DNA from: Candidatus Micrarchaeota archaeon
GTDB lineage: Archaea > Micrarchaeota > Micrarchaeia > Anstonellales > Anstonellaceae
Reading direction: 5' to 3'
DNA length: 64,000 bases
Assembly: GCA_026413965.1 (NCBI GenBank)
Contig: JAOAJY010000003.1
Location: forward strand, 27,727 to 91,726
Below, piece by piece: positions 19,723 through 28,017 of this stretch; the stretch's first letter is position 1, and every line of letters begins with the position of its first letter. The position numbers and the translations under genes were made by a program. The notes under the pieces were generated by a model, which was not told the origin of the DNA, made no database searches, and was given only the letters and a program-made list of their open reading frames with translations.

Positions 19723-19776
19723 GCATGCTCGGATTTTAAACTTTCATGTAGGTAATTTGCTTTGGGAGGAGTGGGC

Positions 19777-20628
19777 ATGAAGCTTTCCAGCCAAAAGGAG
19801 CTTTCGCTGATGGCAAACACCATAAGGCAGGACATAATCCGCATGCTTGTCCCAGCAGCATCAGGGCACACCGCAGGGCCGCTGGGGCTTGCGGACATCT
19901 TCTCTGTGCTTTATTTCCATGAGATGAGCTACGACCCAAAAAATCCGCATTGGCCTGACAGGGACCGGCTGGTCCTCTCCAACGGGCATTGCGCCCCTGT
20001 GCTTTACGCCTCCATGGCCCGCGCAGGCTACTTTCCGATTGAAGAGACGCTGACTTTGAGAAAGCTTGGCTCGCGATTCCAAGGCCATCCAAGCAGGCAC
20101 TGGATGCCAGAGGTTGAGAATTCCTCAGGCCCTCTTGGAGAGGGGCTTGCCATAGCCTGCGGGATTGCGCTTGCAGGAAAGATGGATGGGAAAAGATGGA
20201 GAGTATATTGCGTGACTTCGGATGGCGAGCACCAGGAAGGCTCAACCTGGGAGGCTGCCATGTTTGCCGCAAAATACAAGCTTGACAATCTGGTGGCAAT
20301 ATGCGACAGGAACTACATACAGATAGACGGCAACACCGAGGATATCATGCCTCTTGGCGACCTTGCGGAAAAATACCGCGCATTCGGATGGCATGCGATA
20401 AGCATAGATGGCCATGACATTGGCGCTATAATTTCCGCTTTTGAGCAAGCCAGGGGCACAAAAGGAAAGCCAACCATGATAATTGCCTACACCACGCCAG
20501 GCAAAGGAGTGGCTGAGTTTGAGAGGAAATACGAATGGCATGGTGTTGCGCCCAACAAAGAGCAGGCGCAAAAAGCCCTTGCGCAGCTTTCTGAGGAGCG
20601 CAAGAGGATAGAAGAGGCGAAGGAATGA
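19777..20628 (+). CDS. tktA: Transketolase N-terminal subunit
   Basis: SGH, RDRLVLSNGH, QGHP, SDGEHQEG TPP-binding motif. Confidence 0.93.
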   Translation: MKLSSQKELSLMANTIRQDIIRMLVPAASGHTAGPLGLADIFSVLYFHEMSYDPKNPHWPDRDRLVLSNGHCAPVLYASMARAGYFPIEETLTLRKLGSRFQGHPSRHWMPEVENSSGPLGEGLAIACGIALAGKMDGKRWRVYCVTSDGEHQEGSTWEAAMFAAKYKLDNLVAICDRNYIQIDGNTEDIMPLGDLAEKYRAFGWHAISIDGHDIGAIISAFEQARGTKGKPTMIIAYTTPGKGVAEFERKYEWHGVAPNKEQAQKALAQLSEERKRIEEAKE

Positions 20629-21620
20629 GGCTGAATCCAAAAATGCATCTGCTTGACCCGCTCTCGCCTGACTTGAAAAAGGCGGCCACTCGCGAGGGCT
20701 TTGGGGCAGCGGTTGCGGAGATTGGGGACAAGGACCCTAATGTGGTCGCATTAAGCTCGGATGTGGCAGGCTCAGTGCAGCTCCATCATTTCATCAAAAA
20801 GCACCCTGGAAGATTCTTCAATGTAGGGGTTGCTGAGCAGAACCTTGCCTCGGTAGCAGCCGGGCTTGCCTACGCAGGCAAAACCCCGTTCATCGGGGCA
20901 TTCGCGGCATTCTCGCCTGGAAGAAACTGGGAGCAGATAAGGACCACAATATGCTATGGAGAGGCGAATGTGAAGATAGGGGGCTCGCACACTGGCTTGG
21001 ATGTGGGAGAAGACGGAGCCACACACCAGATGCTTGAGGACATCGCGCTCATGAGAAGCCTGCCGGGAATGCTGGTGCTCTCGCCTTGCGACTATCTTGA
21101 GGCAAAGAAGGCAACTGAGGCTGCATGGAAAACCAAAGGGCCTGCCTACATAAGATGCACGCGAGGGAAGCTGCCCATATTCACCACTGAAGAGACGCCT
21201 TTTGAGGTTGGCAAAATCAACCTATTGGTTGAAGGCGAGGATATCGCCATAGTGGCGACGGGAGACACTGTGTTTCCCTCCATTCTGGCTGCAGCCGAGC
21301 TTGAGAAGGAAGGGATATCCGCAGCTGTGGCAAACATGCACACCCTATCCCATCCTGACGAGCAGATGCTTGCAAAGCTGGCTCAAAGGTGCGGCACAAT
21401 AGTGACTGTTGAGGACCACCAGGTAAAAGGCGGGCTGGGAGGCGCAGTGTGCGAAACGCTTGCAGAGGCAAGCCCCGCAAGGGTCAGAAGGCACGGCATG
21501 CTTATGAAATTTGGGGAATCCGGCCCAGGGGCAGAGGTGATGAGAAAATATGGGCTGGACCCAAAAGGAATCGCAAATTTGGTGAGGCAGGAGCTTGGAG
21601 CCTGGAAAAAGGAGGGATAG
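20625..21620 (+). CDS. tktB: Transketolase C-terminal subunit
   Basis: [29 protein letters not shown] overlap with the N-terminal subunit. Confidence 0.93.
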   Translation: MRLNPKMHLLDPLSPDLKKAATREGFGAAVAEIGDKDPNVVALSSDVAGSVQLHHFIKKHPGRFFNVGVAEQNLASVAAGLAYAGKTPFIGAFAAFSPGRNWEQIRTTICYGEANVKIGGSHTGLDVGEDGATHQMLEDIALMRSLPGMLVLSPCDYLEAKKATEAAWKTKGPAYIRCTRGKLPIFTTEETPFEVGKINLLVEGEDIAIVATGDTVFPSILAAAELEKEGISAAVANMHTLSHPDEQMLAKLAQRCGTIVTVEDHQVKGGLGGAVCETLAEASPARVRRHGMLMKFGESGPGAEVMRKYGLDPKGIANLVRQELGAWKKEG

Positions 21621-21621
21621 C

Positions 21622-22266
21622 ATGAAAATTTTCCTGGACAGCGCTGAGGTGGAAAAGATAAGGCGGTTTGCCGCCATTGGCATGGTGGATGGAATAACCA
21701 CCAACCCCACGCTCATTTTGAAATCCGGAAGGAAGCAAAAGGAGGTTGTAAAGGAAATATGCAAAATCGTCCCAGGCCCTGTTTCTGTGGAAGGGGTGCA
21801 GGAGACTGCTGAGGGGATGGTGGAGGACGGCGAGGAGTTCGCCTCGTGGGCAAAAAATGTGGTCGTGAAGATACCGATGACCGAGGAGGGGCTGAAGGCG
21901 GTCAGAATCCTTTCAAAGAAAAAAATCAAGACCAACGTCACTTTGGTCTTTTCCCCAAGCCAGGCGCTTCTTGTGGCAAAAGCAGGAGCCACGTTCGTAT
22001 CCCCTTTTGTGGGTAGGCTGGACGACATAGGCCAGGACGGGATGGGGCTTGTTAGGCAGATTCTGCAAATCTACAGAAACTACGGATTTGGCACCCAGGT
22101 GATTGTGGCTTCGGTGAGAAGCGAGAAGCATGTTGTGCAAGCCGCAGAGGCAGGGGCGCATATTGCCACTGTCCCGCCGCAAGTTCTTGAAAGCATGTTC
22201 CGCCACCAGCTGACTGACGCTGGGATAAAGAAATTCAAGGAAGACTGGGAAGCCTCGCAAAGATAA
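21622..22266 (+). CDS. tal: Transaldolase / fructose-6-phosphate aldolase family
   Basis: [37 protein letters not shown]. Confidence 0.93.
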   Translation: MKIFLDSAEVEKIRRFAAIGMVDGITTNPTLILKSGRKQKEVVKEICKIVPGPVSVEGVQETAEGMVEDGEEFASWAKNVVVKIPMTEEGLKAVRILSKKKIKTNVTLVFSPSQALLVAKAGATFVSPFVGRLDDIGQDGMGLVRQILQIYRNYGFGTQVIVASVRSEKHVVQAAEAGAHIATVPPQVLESMFRHQLTDAGIKKFKEDWEASQR

Positions 22267-22297
22267 CGCTTTTTTAACTCAAATGGTAATTTTGCTC

Positions 22298-23665
22298 ATG
22301 AAGTGCTCAAATCCGGACAAAGCCGAGAAGATTTTCGCATATGCCCTGAAAAGAATCAAGCCTTCTGAAAAAGAGATGCAAAGGAGCTTTGGGGAGGCTG
22401 AAAAGCTCATCGGAAAGCTGCAAAGGGTGCTTCCTGAGGCTGTGGAGGTCCGACTTGCAGGCTCGCTTGCCAAAGGCACCAACCTGAAAGGCAAGAATGA
22501 ATTTGACATATTCCTCCTTTTCCCTCGCCACTACCAAAGGCACGAGCTTACGGTGATAGGCCTGTCCCATGCAAGAAGAGCATTCGCAGGAATGAGGGTG
22601 GAATCCAGGTATGCCGAGCACCCTTACCTTCAGGTCATAAGCGGAAGCTACCTGGCGGACATTGTGCCTGCATACAAGATAGAGGATGCATCAGGCAGGG
22701 GGACAGCAGTGGACCGCTCTCCCCTGCACACGGTTTTTGTGAATTCCCGCCTCAACCAGGCGCAAAAGGACCAGGTGAGGCTGCTTAAGCAATTCATGAA
22801 GAACTTCGGCATCTACGGAGCTGAGCTTAGGGTGGAGGGATTTTCTGGATACCTCTGCGAGCTTCTTGTCGCAAAATACGGCTCGCTTCTTTCTTTGATG
22901 GAAGCCGCTTCTGGCTGGAGCCATCCAGTCATCTTTGTGGACGGGGAGGGGGATGAGAAAGAGGCAAGAGAGAAGTTCACTTCTCCTTTGGTGGTGATTG
23001 ACCCGGTTGACCCAAGCAGGAATGTGGCTGCTGTGGTTGCCCAAACTTCCCTCTCAAGATTCATATTTGAGTGCAGAAGATTCCTAAAATCGCCTTCCTC
23101 CAGATTCTTCTTTTCAAAAAAGAGGATAATGGGGGCTGGTAAAATCAGAAGAGCGATAAAGGAGAGGGGCACTGAATGCCTTGCTGCCCTTTTCCCTGCC
23201 CCAAAAGCCATACCAGACATCCTCTGGCCTCAGCTTAAGAAGACCGCGCAGGCTCTTGTGCGCCTTTTGGAGGAGAATGGCTTTGGGGTGTTTGGCTATT
23301 ACCATTGGAGCGACGGGGAGGAGTGCGCCATCCTTTTTGAGCTTTCCTGCGGCAGGCTGCCATCGGTGAAAAAAGTGGTGGGCCCCTCAATCTCATTTGC
23401 GGCTGATGTGGAGGCTTTCGTCAAAAAGCACAATAGGGCGCTCAATATTCACCTTGAGCATGACAGGATAGTGGCGGTTGAGAGGAGAAAGGAATCCAGC
23501 GCAAAGCGCCTGCTTGCCGGCGCATGCAAAAACCCCAAGGGGCTGGGCGTGCCTGCATTGATGGGAAGCCAGCTTGGGTGCGCAAAAGTCCTGCCGGCAT
23601 CCTCAATCGCATCAGGAAAGAGGCTGGAATTCCTCTCGGACTACTTCTTCGCAAAAATCGCCTGA
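22298..23665 (+). CDS. cca: CCA-adding enzyme (class I tRNA nucleotidyltransferase)
   Basis: GSLAKGTNL...EFDIF, YAEHPY, AVDRSPLH, GFSGYLCELL, DPVDPSRNVAA; alternative start 22283. Confidence 0.95.
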   Translation: MKCSNPDKAEKIFAYALKRIKPSEKEMQRSFGEAEKLIGKLQRVLPEAVEVRLAGSLAKGTNLKGKNEFDIFLLFPRHYQRHELTVIGLSHARRAFAGMRVESRYAEHPYLQVISGSYLADIVPAYKIEDASGRGTAVDRSPLHTVFVNSRLNQAQKDQVRLLKQFMKNFGIYGAELRVEGFSGYLCELLVAKYGSLLSLMEAASGWSHPVIFVDGEGDEKEAREKFTSPLVVIDPVDPSRNVAAVVAQTSLSRFIFECRRFLKSPSSRFFFSKKRIMGAGKIRRAIKERGTECLAALFPAPKAIPDILWPQLKKTAQALVRLLEENGFGVFGYYHWSDGEECAILFELSCGRLPSVKKVVGPSISFAADVEAFVKKHNRALNIHLEHDRIVAVERRKESSAKRLLAGACKNPKGLGVPALMGSQLGCAKVLPASSIASGKRLEFLSDYFFAKIA

Positions 23666-23716
23666 GAATGAAAGGTTTTTATAGTTTGAAATGGAAGCTG
23701 CAAGCGAGGCGATTGC

Positions 23717-24559
23717 GTGCAATTTGGGAAGATGGCTTTTGCTTTTGTTTTGCTGGTTTCCGCATTTGGCTTGGGGCATGCGCTTGAGATGGGAAGCTGC
23801 GCGGACGGCACTCCTTATGGAAAATGCTCCACCAAAAATCCAGGGCACTATTGCACAGGAAGCCCTCCAGCCCTCCAGCTTTACACCAACCTTTGCAAAT
23901 GCGAAGCTGTGCCAGGCTGGATAACCCAAGGCACAGGTGAGCAGGCAAACTGCGTCCAGGCAAAATGCGATGATGGGACCATGAGCGGAAGCTGCACGCC
24001 CAACAAGCCCAAGGTCTGCATAGGCGGCTCTGTTTACGCAGACAACGCAAGCAAGTGCGGATGCCCGCCCAACAAGAAGGTGAGCGCCAACGGCATATTT
24101 TGCGAAAGCATCCCCTGCAAAGATGGGGAATTTACTGTTGAGGAAGGCACCTGCTCTCCAAAAAAGGCGAAAAAATGCGTGGATGGGGCCCTTGTGGACA
24201 AGGCATCGGAATGCGGCTGCCCTGCAGGGCAGACCAGAATTGGAGAAAGCTGCGCAGTGGTGTGCTCTGATGGGACAAAGGAGGGAGAATGCTCAGCCTC
24301 CAAGCCAAAAGAGTGCCTGAATGGATATCTGGTTGACAATGCGGCAAAATGCGGCTGCCCAGAGGGAAAGGCAGCCCATGGGAAATACTGTGCTGATTCA
24401 GCAGTCAGCGGCGCAGCTGGAAGCGAGCTTCTTGGCTCAGCAGGAAGCGCAGAAGGGGCTGATGAGGAGAGCAGGGGCATAAGCCCGATTTCCTGCTGCT
24501 GCCTTCCAACCGCACTGATTGGCATAGCAGGGGCATTTGCCCTCTCCAGGCGGGGATGA
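23717..24559 (+). CDS. Secreted Cys-rich repeat surface protein with a CCCLP C-terminal anchor
   Basis: Signal peptide; four C.DG...G.C...K...C repeats; Gly/Ser linker, CCCLP, hydrophobic helix, RR. Confidence 0.8.
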   Translation: MQFGKMAFAFVLLVSAFGLGHALEMGSCADGTPYGKCSTKNPGHYCTGSPPALQLYTNLCKCEAVPGWITQGTGEQANCVQAKCDDGTMSGSCTPNKPKVCIGGSVYADNASKCGCPPNKKVSANGIFCESIPCKDGEFTVEEGTCSPKKAKKCVDGALVDKASECGCPAGQTRIGESCAVVCSDGTKEGECSASKPKECLNGYLVDNAAKCGCPEGKAAHGKYCADSAVSGAAGSELLGSAGSAEGADEESRGISPISCCCLPTALIGIAGAFALSRRG

Positions 24560-24803
24560 AGGAAAGCTTGGGAAAGCGCTGCCGAAAGAGATTGGGTTCA
24601 GCAATTAGGCAGAATTTTTTGAAAAAAAGCTTGCTGCTGGGCGCTTTGGTTTTAATTATTCTCCTTTAAGAATACAAGCGCTCAACAGAGGGCATGGGCT
24701 GGGCTTCCGCAGCCCGCAGATGCGCAGCAGTCGTGCCTGCAAAAAACAATTCGGAAGCCACGTGGTCGTGGCGTGACGTTTGGCTCTTATAGGGGGTTCA
24801 GAC

Positions 24804-25622
24804 ATGGACAAGAGATGGCTGATTGGGATCGGCATCTTGGTTCTTCTTGCCATTGCAGTTACTGCAGTTCTATTCTTTTCCGGCATGGGGAATTATCATT
24901 CTGGAATGGCTGAAGCTTACGATAGATATTATGGGACTATGAGCCGTTACTCTGCAAAATACTCTGCTTATCTGTCAACTCTTACTCCTATCTACCAAGG
25001 TTCGGCATCTAAGGAACTCCAGTTATATGTTAACTATAGATCTGTCGCTAGCTTCAATGAGTCAGAATCAACCACCGTTTATCGCACTATCAATGTGACT
25101 CAGTTTAAACCAGATTTAATTACCAGAATTTTGCTCTTCTTCAATAAGACTGAAGCTCAAGGAAAAGATCAAAACCTTAACTATGTTCTTGGCGAGAAAA
25201 TAGTGGGCCACGGCACCAACCGAGCAGTTTTTGAAGAGCAAGACTACCAAGATATACGGGAGAAAGAAAGTACACCTACTGGCACACTCGAATTAAAACA
25301 GGTTACTGTCAGGGTTTATGATGATCCGCTTTTCAAAGAGGATTATAATGTGGTAGTGAACTTTGATTTTAACCATGAGATAATGATGGCCGGCAACGAT
25401 CCATACCTTCAAGTCTCTGGAAAAACCTTTGTGCCCCTGCGCCTGTCTCGCAATTCAACGTCATTTGCCTACATAGTACCAAAAAGCGATTGGACAAACA
25501 ATATCACCCTAAGCTTTAGGGTAAGGGATTTTGATGCTGAGGAAAAGAGTGGCGGATGGCAGATCACTCAGCGCGATGAGCTGAATGTAACTTTATCTGA
25601 GTTTTTGAGCCGAGCCTCCTAA
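24804..25622 (+). CDS. Hypothetical N-terminally anchored protein, low GC
   Basis: GGGGG RBS, one N-terminal TM helix; three sampled 60-nt lines are 33-45% GC, below the flanks. Confidence 0.75.
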   Translation: MDKRWLIGIGILVLLAIAVTAVLFFSGMGNYHSGMAEAYDRYYGTMSRYSAKYSAYLSTLTPIYQGSASKELQLYVNYRSVASFNESESTTVYRTINVTQFKPDLITRILLFFNKTEAQGKDQNLNYVLGEKIVGHGTNRAVFEEQDYQDIREKESTPTGTLELKQVTVRVYDDPLFKEDYNVVVNFDFNHEIMMAGNDPYLQVSGKTFVPLRLSRNSTSFAYIVPKSDWTNNITLSFRVRDFDAEEKSGGWQITQRDELNVTLSEFLSRAS

Positions 25623-25667
25623 AACCTATTTAAACAAATGCCGGCCATAACACGGTTCGTAATGAAC

Positions 25668-25775
25668 GGGGTCGTGGCGTAACCTGGTAGCGCGGCAGGC
25701 TCCAGATCTCACCTGCGCATGCGCGCAGGCAACAGAATACACCTGCATGTTAGGGTTCAAATCCCTACGATCCCA
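25668..25775 (+). tRNA. tRNA-Trp(CCA) with a 35-nt canonical intron (25706-25740)
   Basis: Acceptor GGGGTCG/CGATCCC, anticodon stem GCAGG/CCTGC, TTCAAAT T-loop, TTTAAA box upstream. Confidence 0.93.
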
Positions 25776-25793
25776 ATTGCCTTTAGGGATGGC

Positions 25794-26318
25794 ATGAGCA
25801 AAATATCCTGCTCAATCAAGAATTCATGCAGGCACTGCACTGCCCGATGCTGCAGGGGTCTGGCAGTAGTGCTTACAATACCTGAGGCAAAAAGGATGGC
25901 TGCCCAGCTTGGGCTTGCTCCCCAAGAATTCCTTGAATTCACAAGCAGCATAGACTCAAAAAGCACGCCGCACTACCCGCTGCTTGTGCTCTCAAAAGGC
26001 AAGCTGCATGAATATTTCATAATATTGAAAAGAAGGCGGAAAAAGGACTGCATCTTCCTCATGGGGGATTTCAGATGCTCTGCTTATCCCCATCGGCCAG
26101 CCGTCTGCAGGCTTTATCCGTTTGAGCTGGACGGGAAAAAAGTGAAGAAGAATGCCTTGTGCCCTGTGGAGTTTGAGAAGGAAGAGGGGACAGAGGAGGC
26201 AGCAGAGCTTTTGAAGAAGGACTTGGAGGAGCACGGAAAGCTGGCGCGAAAGTGGCAGCGCAAGCATGGAAACAGGCCTCCAGACATGGCAAGATTTTGG
26301 GAGTATTTCGGAGTCTGA
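25794..26318 (+). CDS. YkgJ family cysteine-cluster protein
   Basis: CRHCTARCC, CIFL, CSAYPHRPAVCRLYPF. Confidence 0.9.
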   Translation: MSKISCSIKNSCRHCTARCCRGLAVVLTIPEAKRMAAQLGLAPQEFLEFTSSIDSKSTPHYPLLVLSKGKLHEYFIILKRRRKKDCIFLMGDFRCSAYPHRPAVCRLYPFELDGKKVKKNALCPVEFEKEEGTEEAAELLKKDLEEHGKLARKWQRKHGNRPPDMARFWEYFGV

Positions 26319-26322
26319 TGGC

Positions 26323-27081
26323 TCATGTCCTGCCTGCTGGAGCCTCGGCGTCCCTGCGCACTTGCCCCTCTTTCATCGCCAAGATTCCAAAGATGTCCCA
26401 TGGCTTTTCTTTCCTGGATTCTCTTTCAAATCCGCCCTTTATTGTCATAAGCGAAGGGATTGCCAGGAGCTTGATGCTTTTGGCTATCCCAATCTGGCGC
26501 ACAGAATCAAAGGAGGCTTTTGCGAGATTTTTCGCCAATTTCAGCACTCCTGCAATATTCAGCCTTTTGACCAAGCCTTCCATCCTGTCTTTGACCATGT
26601 CTGAGAGGGTGTCAAGAAGCATCATTGCGACGGTTATGCTTCTCCAAAATTCCTGCTTGGCTTCCCCATTCACGCTTCTGATGAGGAGCTTGGAGACTTC
26701 CTCCCCCAGCCTCATGCGGACCTCCACAAGCTCGGATAGGTTGGAGGCGCGCACCTCTGACTCAAGGAGAGGCTTGAGCCTTTTGAATTCCTCTTCAGGC
26801 AAGCCCTTTGGGCGCTCTTTTGCCTTGCCATAAATCTCAGTTGCCCGGTCTGCCCTGGCTATTGAAAGCCAAAGCTCCATGGCTCCATCCCTGTCAGCCA
26901 GCCTATCTCCGCCCACCGCAAGGCTTATGCTCTCCACGCAAAGAAGGCAGTAGAGGTATTTGTAGTCCTTGTATGAAATAAACCGCAGGCTTTTCCTTTC
27001 CGCAAACTCCAAGATTGCCTTGTCTTTTGGGTCTTGCGATAGGGCAAGTTTGGGCATGCTGCTTGCCTTCAAAATTGCCAT
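26323..27081 (-). CDS. Hypothetical helical protein, possibly class I isoprenoid/terpene synthase fold
   Basis: ADRATE and LLDTLSDMVKDRMEG acidic motifs on a helical scaffold. Confidence 0.5.
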   Translation of the reverse strand: MAILKASSMPKLALSQDPKDKAILEFAERKSLRFISYKDYKYLYCLLCVESISLAVGGDRLADRDGAMELWLSIARADRATEIYGKAKERPKGLPEEEFKRLKPLLESEVRASNLSELVEVRMRLGEEVSKLLIRSVNGEAKQEFWRSITVAMMLLDTLSDMVKDRMEGLVKRLNIAGVLKLAKNLAKASFDSVRQIGIAKSIKLLAIPSLMTIKGGFERESRKEKPWDIFGILAMKEGQVRRDAEAPAGRT

Positions 27082-27129
27082 AAAGGTCAGGTTTATTGAT
27101 ATAATAAGTGGTTATAAATGTATCTATTT

Positions 27130-27738
27130 CTACTCCATCCTGACCAACAGGGTGGTCCTGTAGAGCCTTCTGCCGTCTTTTTGCCCCGCAAGCTTCTCGG
27201 TCCTCAAAAACCCAAGCCCAAAGCTGTTGAGGGAGGCGATGGCTTCGGCTCGGCTTCCGCAGTAGATGTCTATCCCCTCTTTAAGCTCCTCTATTTTCGG
27301 GATGAAGCTTCTGGCGGCTATCCTTTTCTGAAGCAGCGGCAGCAATTTCCTGACTTTTTGCTGCTCCCCTCTCAGCTGTATTATGGCCTCAAAATACTGC
27401 GTGCTTGCCTTGGCGCACTCCAAGCAAGTGTTTTGCCTCACTGAAACTTCAATCTGACGAGTTATCCTTCCATAAGCGCTGTCATATTCCACTGAGGCAA
27501 AGCCTGAAGAGAACTTGGGCCGAGCATTCTTCAGCTTGATTGCCCTGGCCACCTCCTCTTCCAAGCTGGCGTCTTTGCGGAAGCCTTTTTTGCCTGTGGT
27601 CCTGCCGCATTTTTTGCAAACCCAAACTTCTGCTTTTGGAAGCGGAGGCATCCGCAATTCCGCGCATTTTGCGCAAAGCTCTCCGTAAAACTGAGCCTGG
27701 GATTCGCTTTTTCCGCATATTGGGCAGAACCTTGCCAT
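27130..27738 (-). CDS. nmd3: NMD3 family ribosome-associated protein
   Basis: FCPICG, LCAKC, CKKCG, CLEC, YFEAIIQLRG, GIDIY, LYRTT. Confidence 0.9.
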   Translation of the reverse strand: MARFCPICGKSESQAQFYGELCAKCAELRMPPLPKAEVWVCKKCGRTTGKKGFRKDASLEEEVARAIKLKNARPKFSSGFASVEYDSAYGRITRQIEVSVRQNTCLECAKASTQYFEAIIQLRGEQQKVRKLLPLLQKRIAARSFIPKIEELKEGIDIYCGSRAEAIASLNSFGLGFLRTEKLAGQKDGRRLYRTTLLVRME

Positions 27739-27791
27739 GCAAATCCACTGCCAGCATATCTATATATATTAATCTATGCGAAATAGGAAGC

Positions 27792-28007
27792 ATGGAGGAA
27801 GAAGACGGCCAGAATGCGGCAAATTCCGAGTTGCGCTTCATAACGCTGGAGCTGATGAAGCTTGCCCAAAAGTCAGGCAAAAGCTTTGAGGAAGTGGCGC
27901 TGGAGTATCTGCGCAACACATGCCTCTTGCAGGAGCTGATTGCAAACGGGCAAGAGAGCAGAGAAACCAAGATTGGACATACAGCAGCTGCCTCCAAGCG
28001 CAAGTGA
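27792..28007 (+). CDS. Small hypothetical protein (71 aa)
   Basis: MEEED...ELRFITLELMKLAQKSGKSFEEVA; TATA 22 nt upstream. Confidence 0.65.
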   Translation: MEEEDGQNAANSELRFITLELMKLAQKSGKSFEEVALEYLRNTCLLQELIANGQESRETKIGHTAAASKRK

Positions 28008-28017
28008 AGGTTGTCCT

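Noticed and set aside
22267..23716. Possible split-tRNA halves flanking the CCA-adding enzyme gene
   Set aside because: No tRNA-like half is visible in either flank
25640..25660. GCCGGCCATAAC resembling a 5S rRNA 5' end
   Set aside because: Match is only about 10 nt and is followed directly by tRNA-Trp
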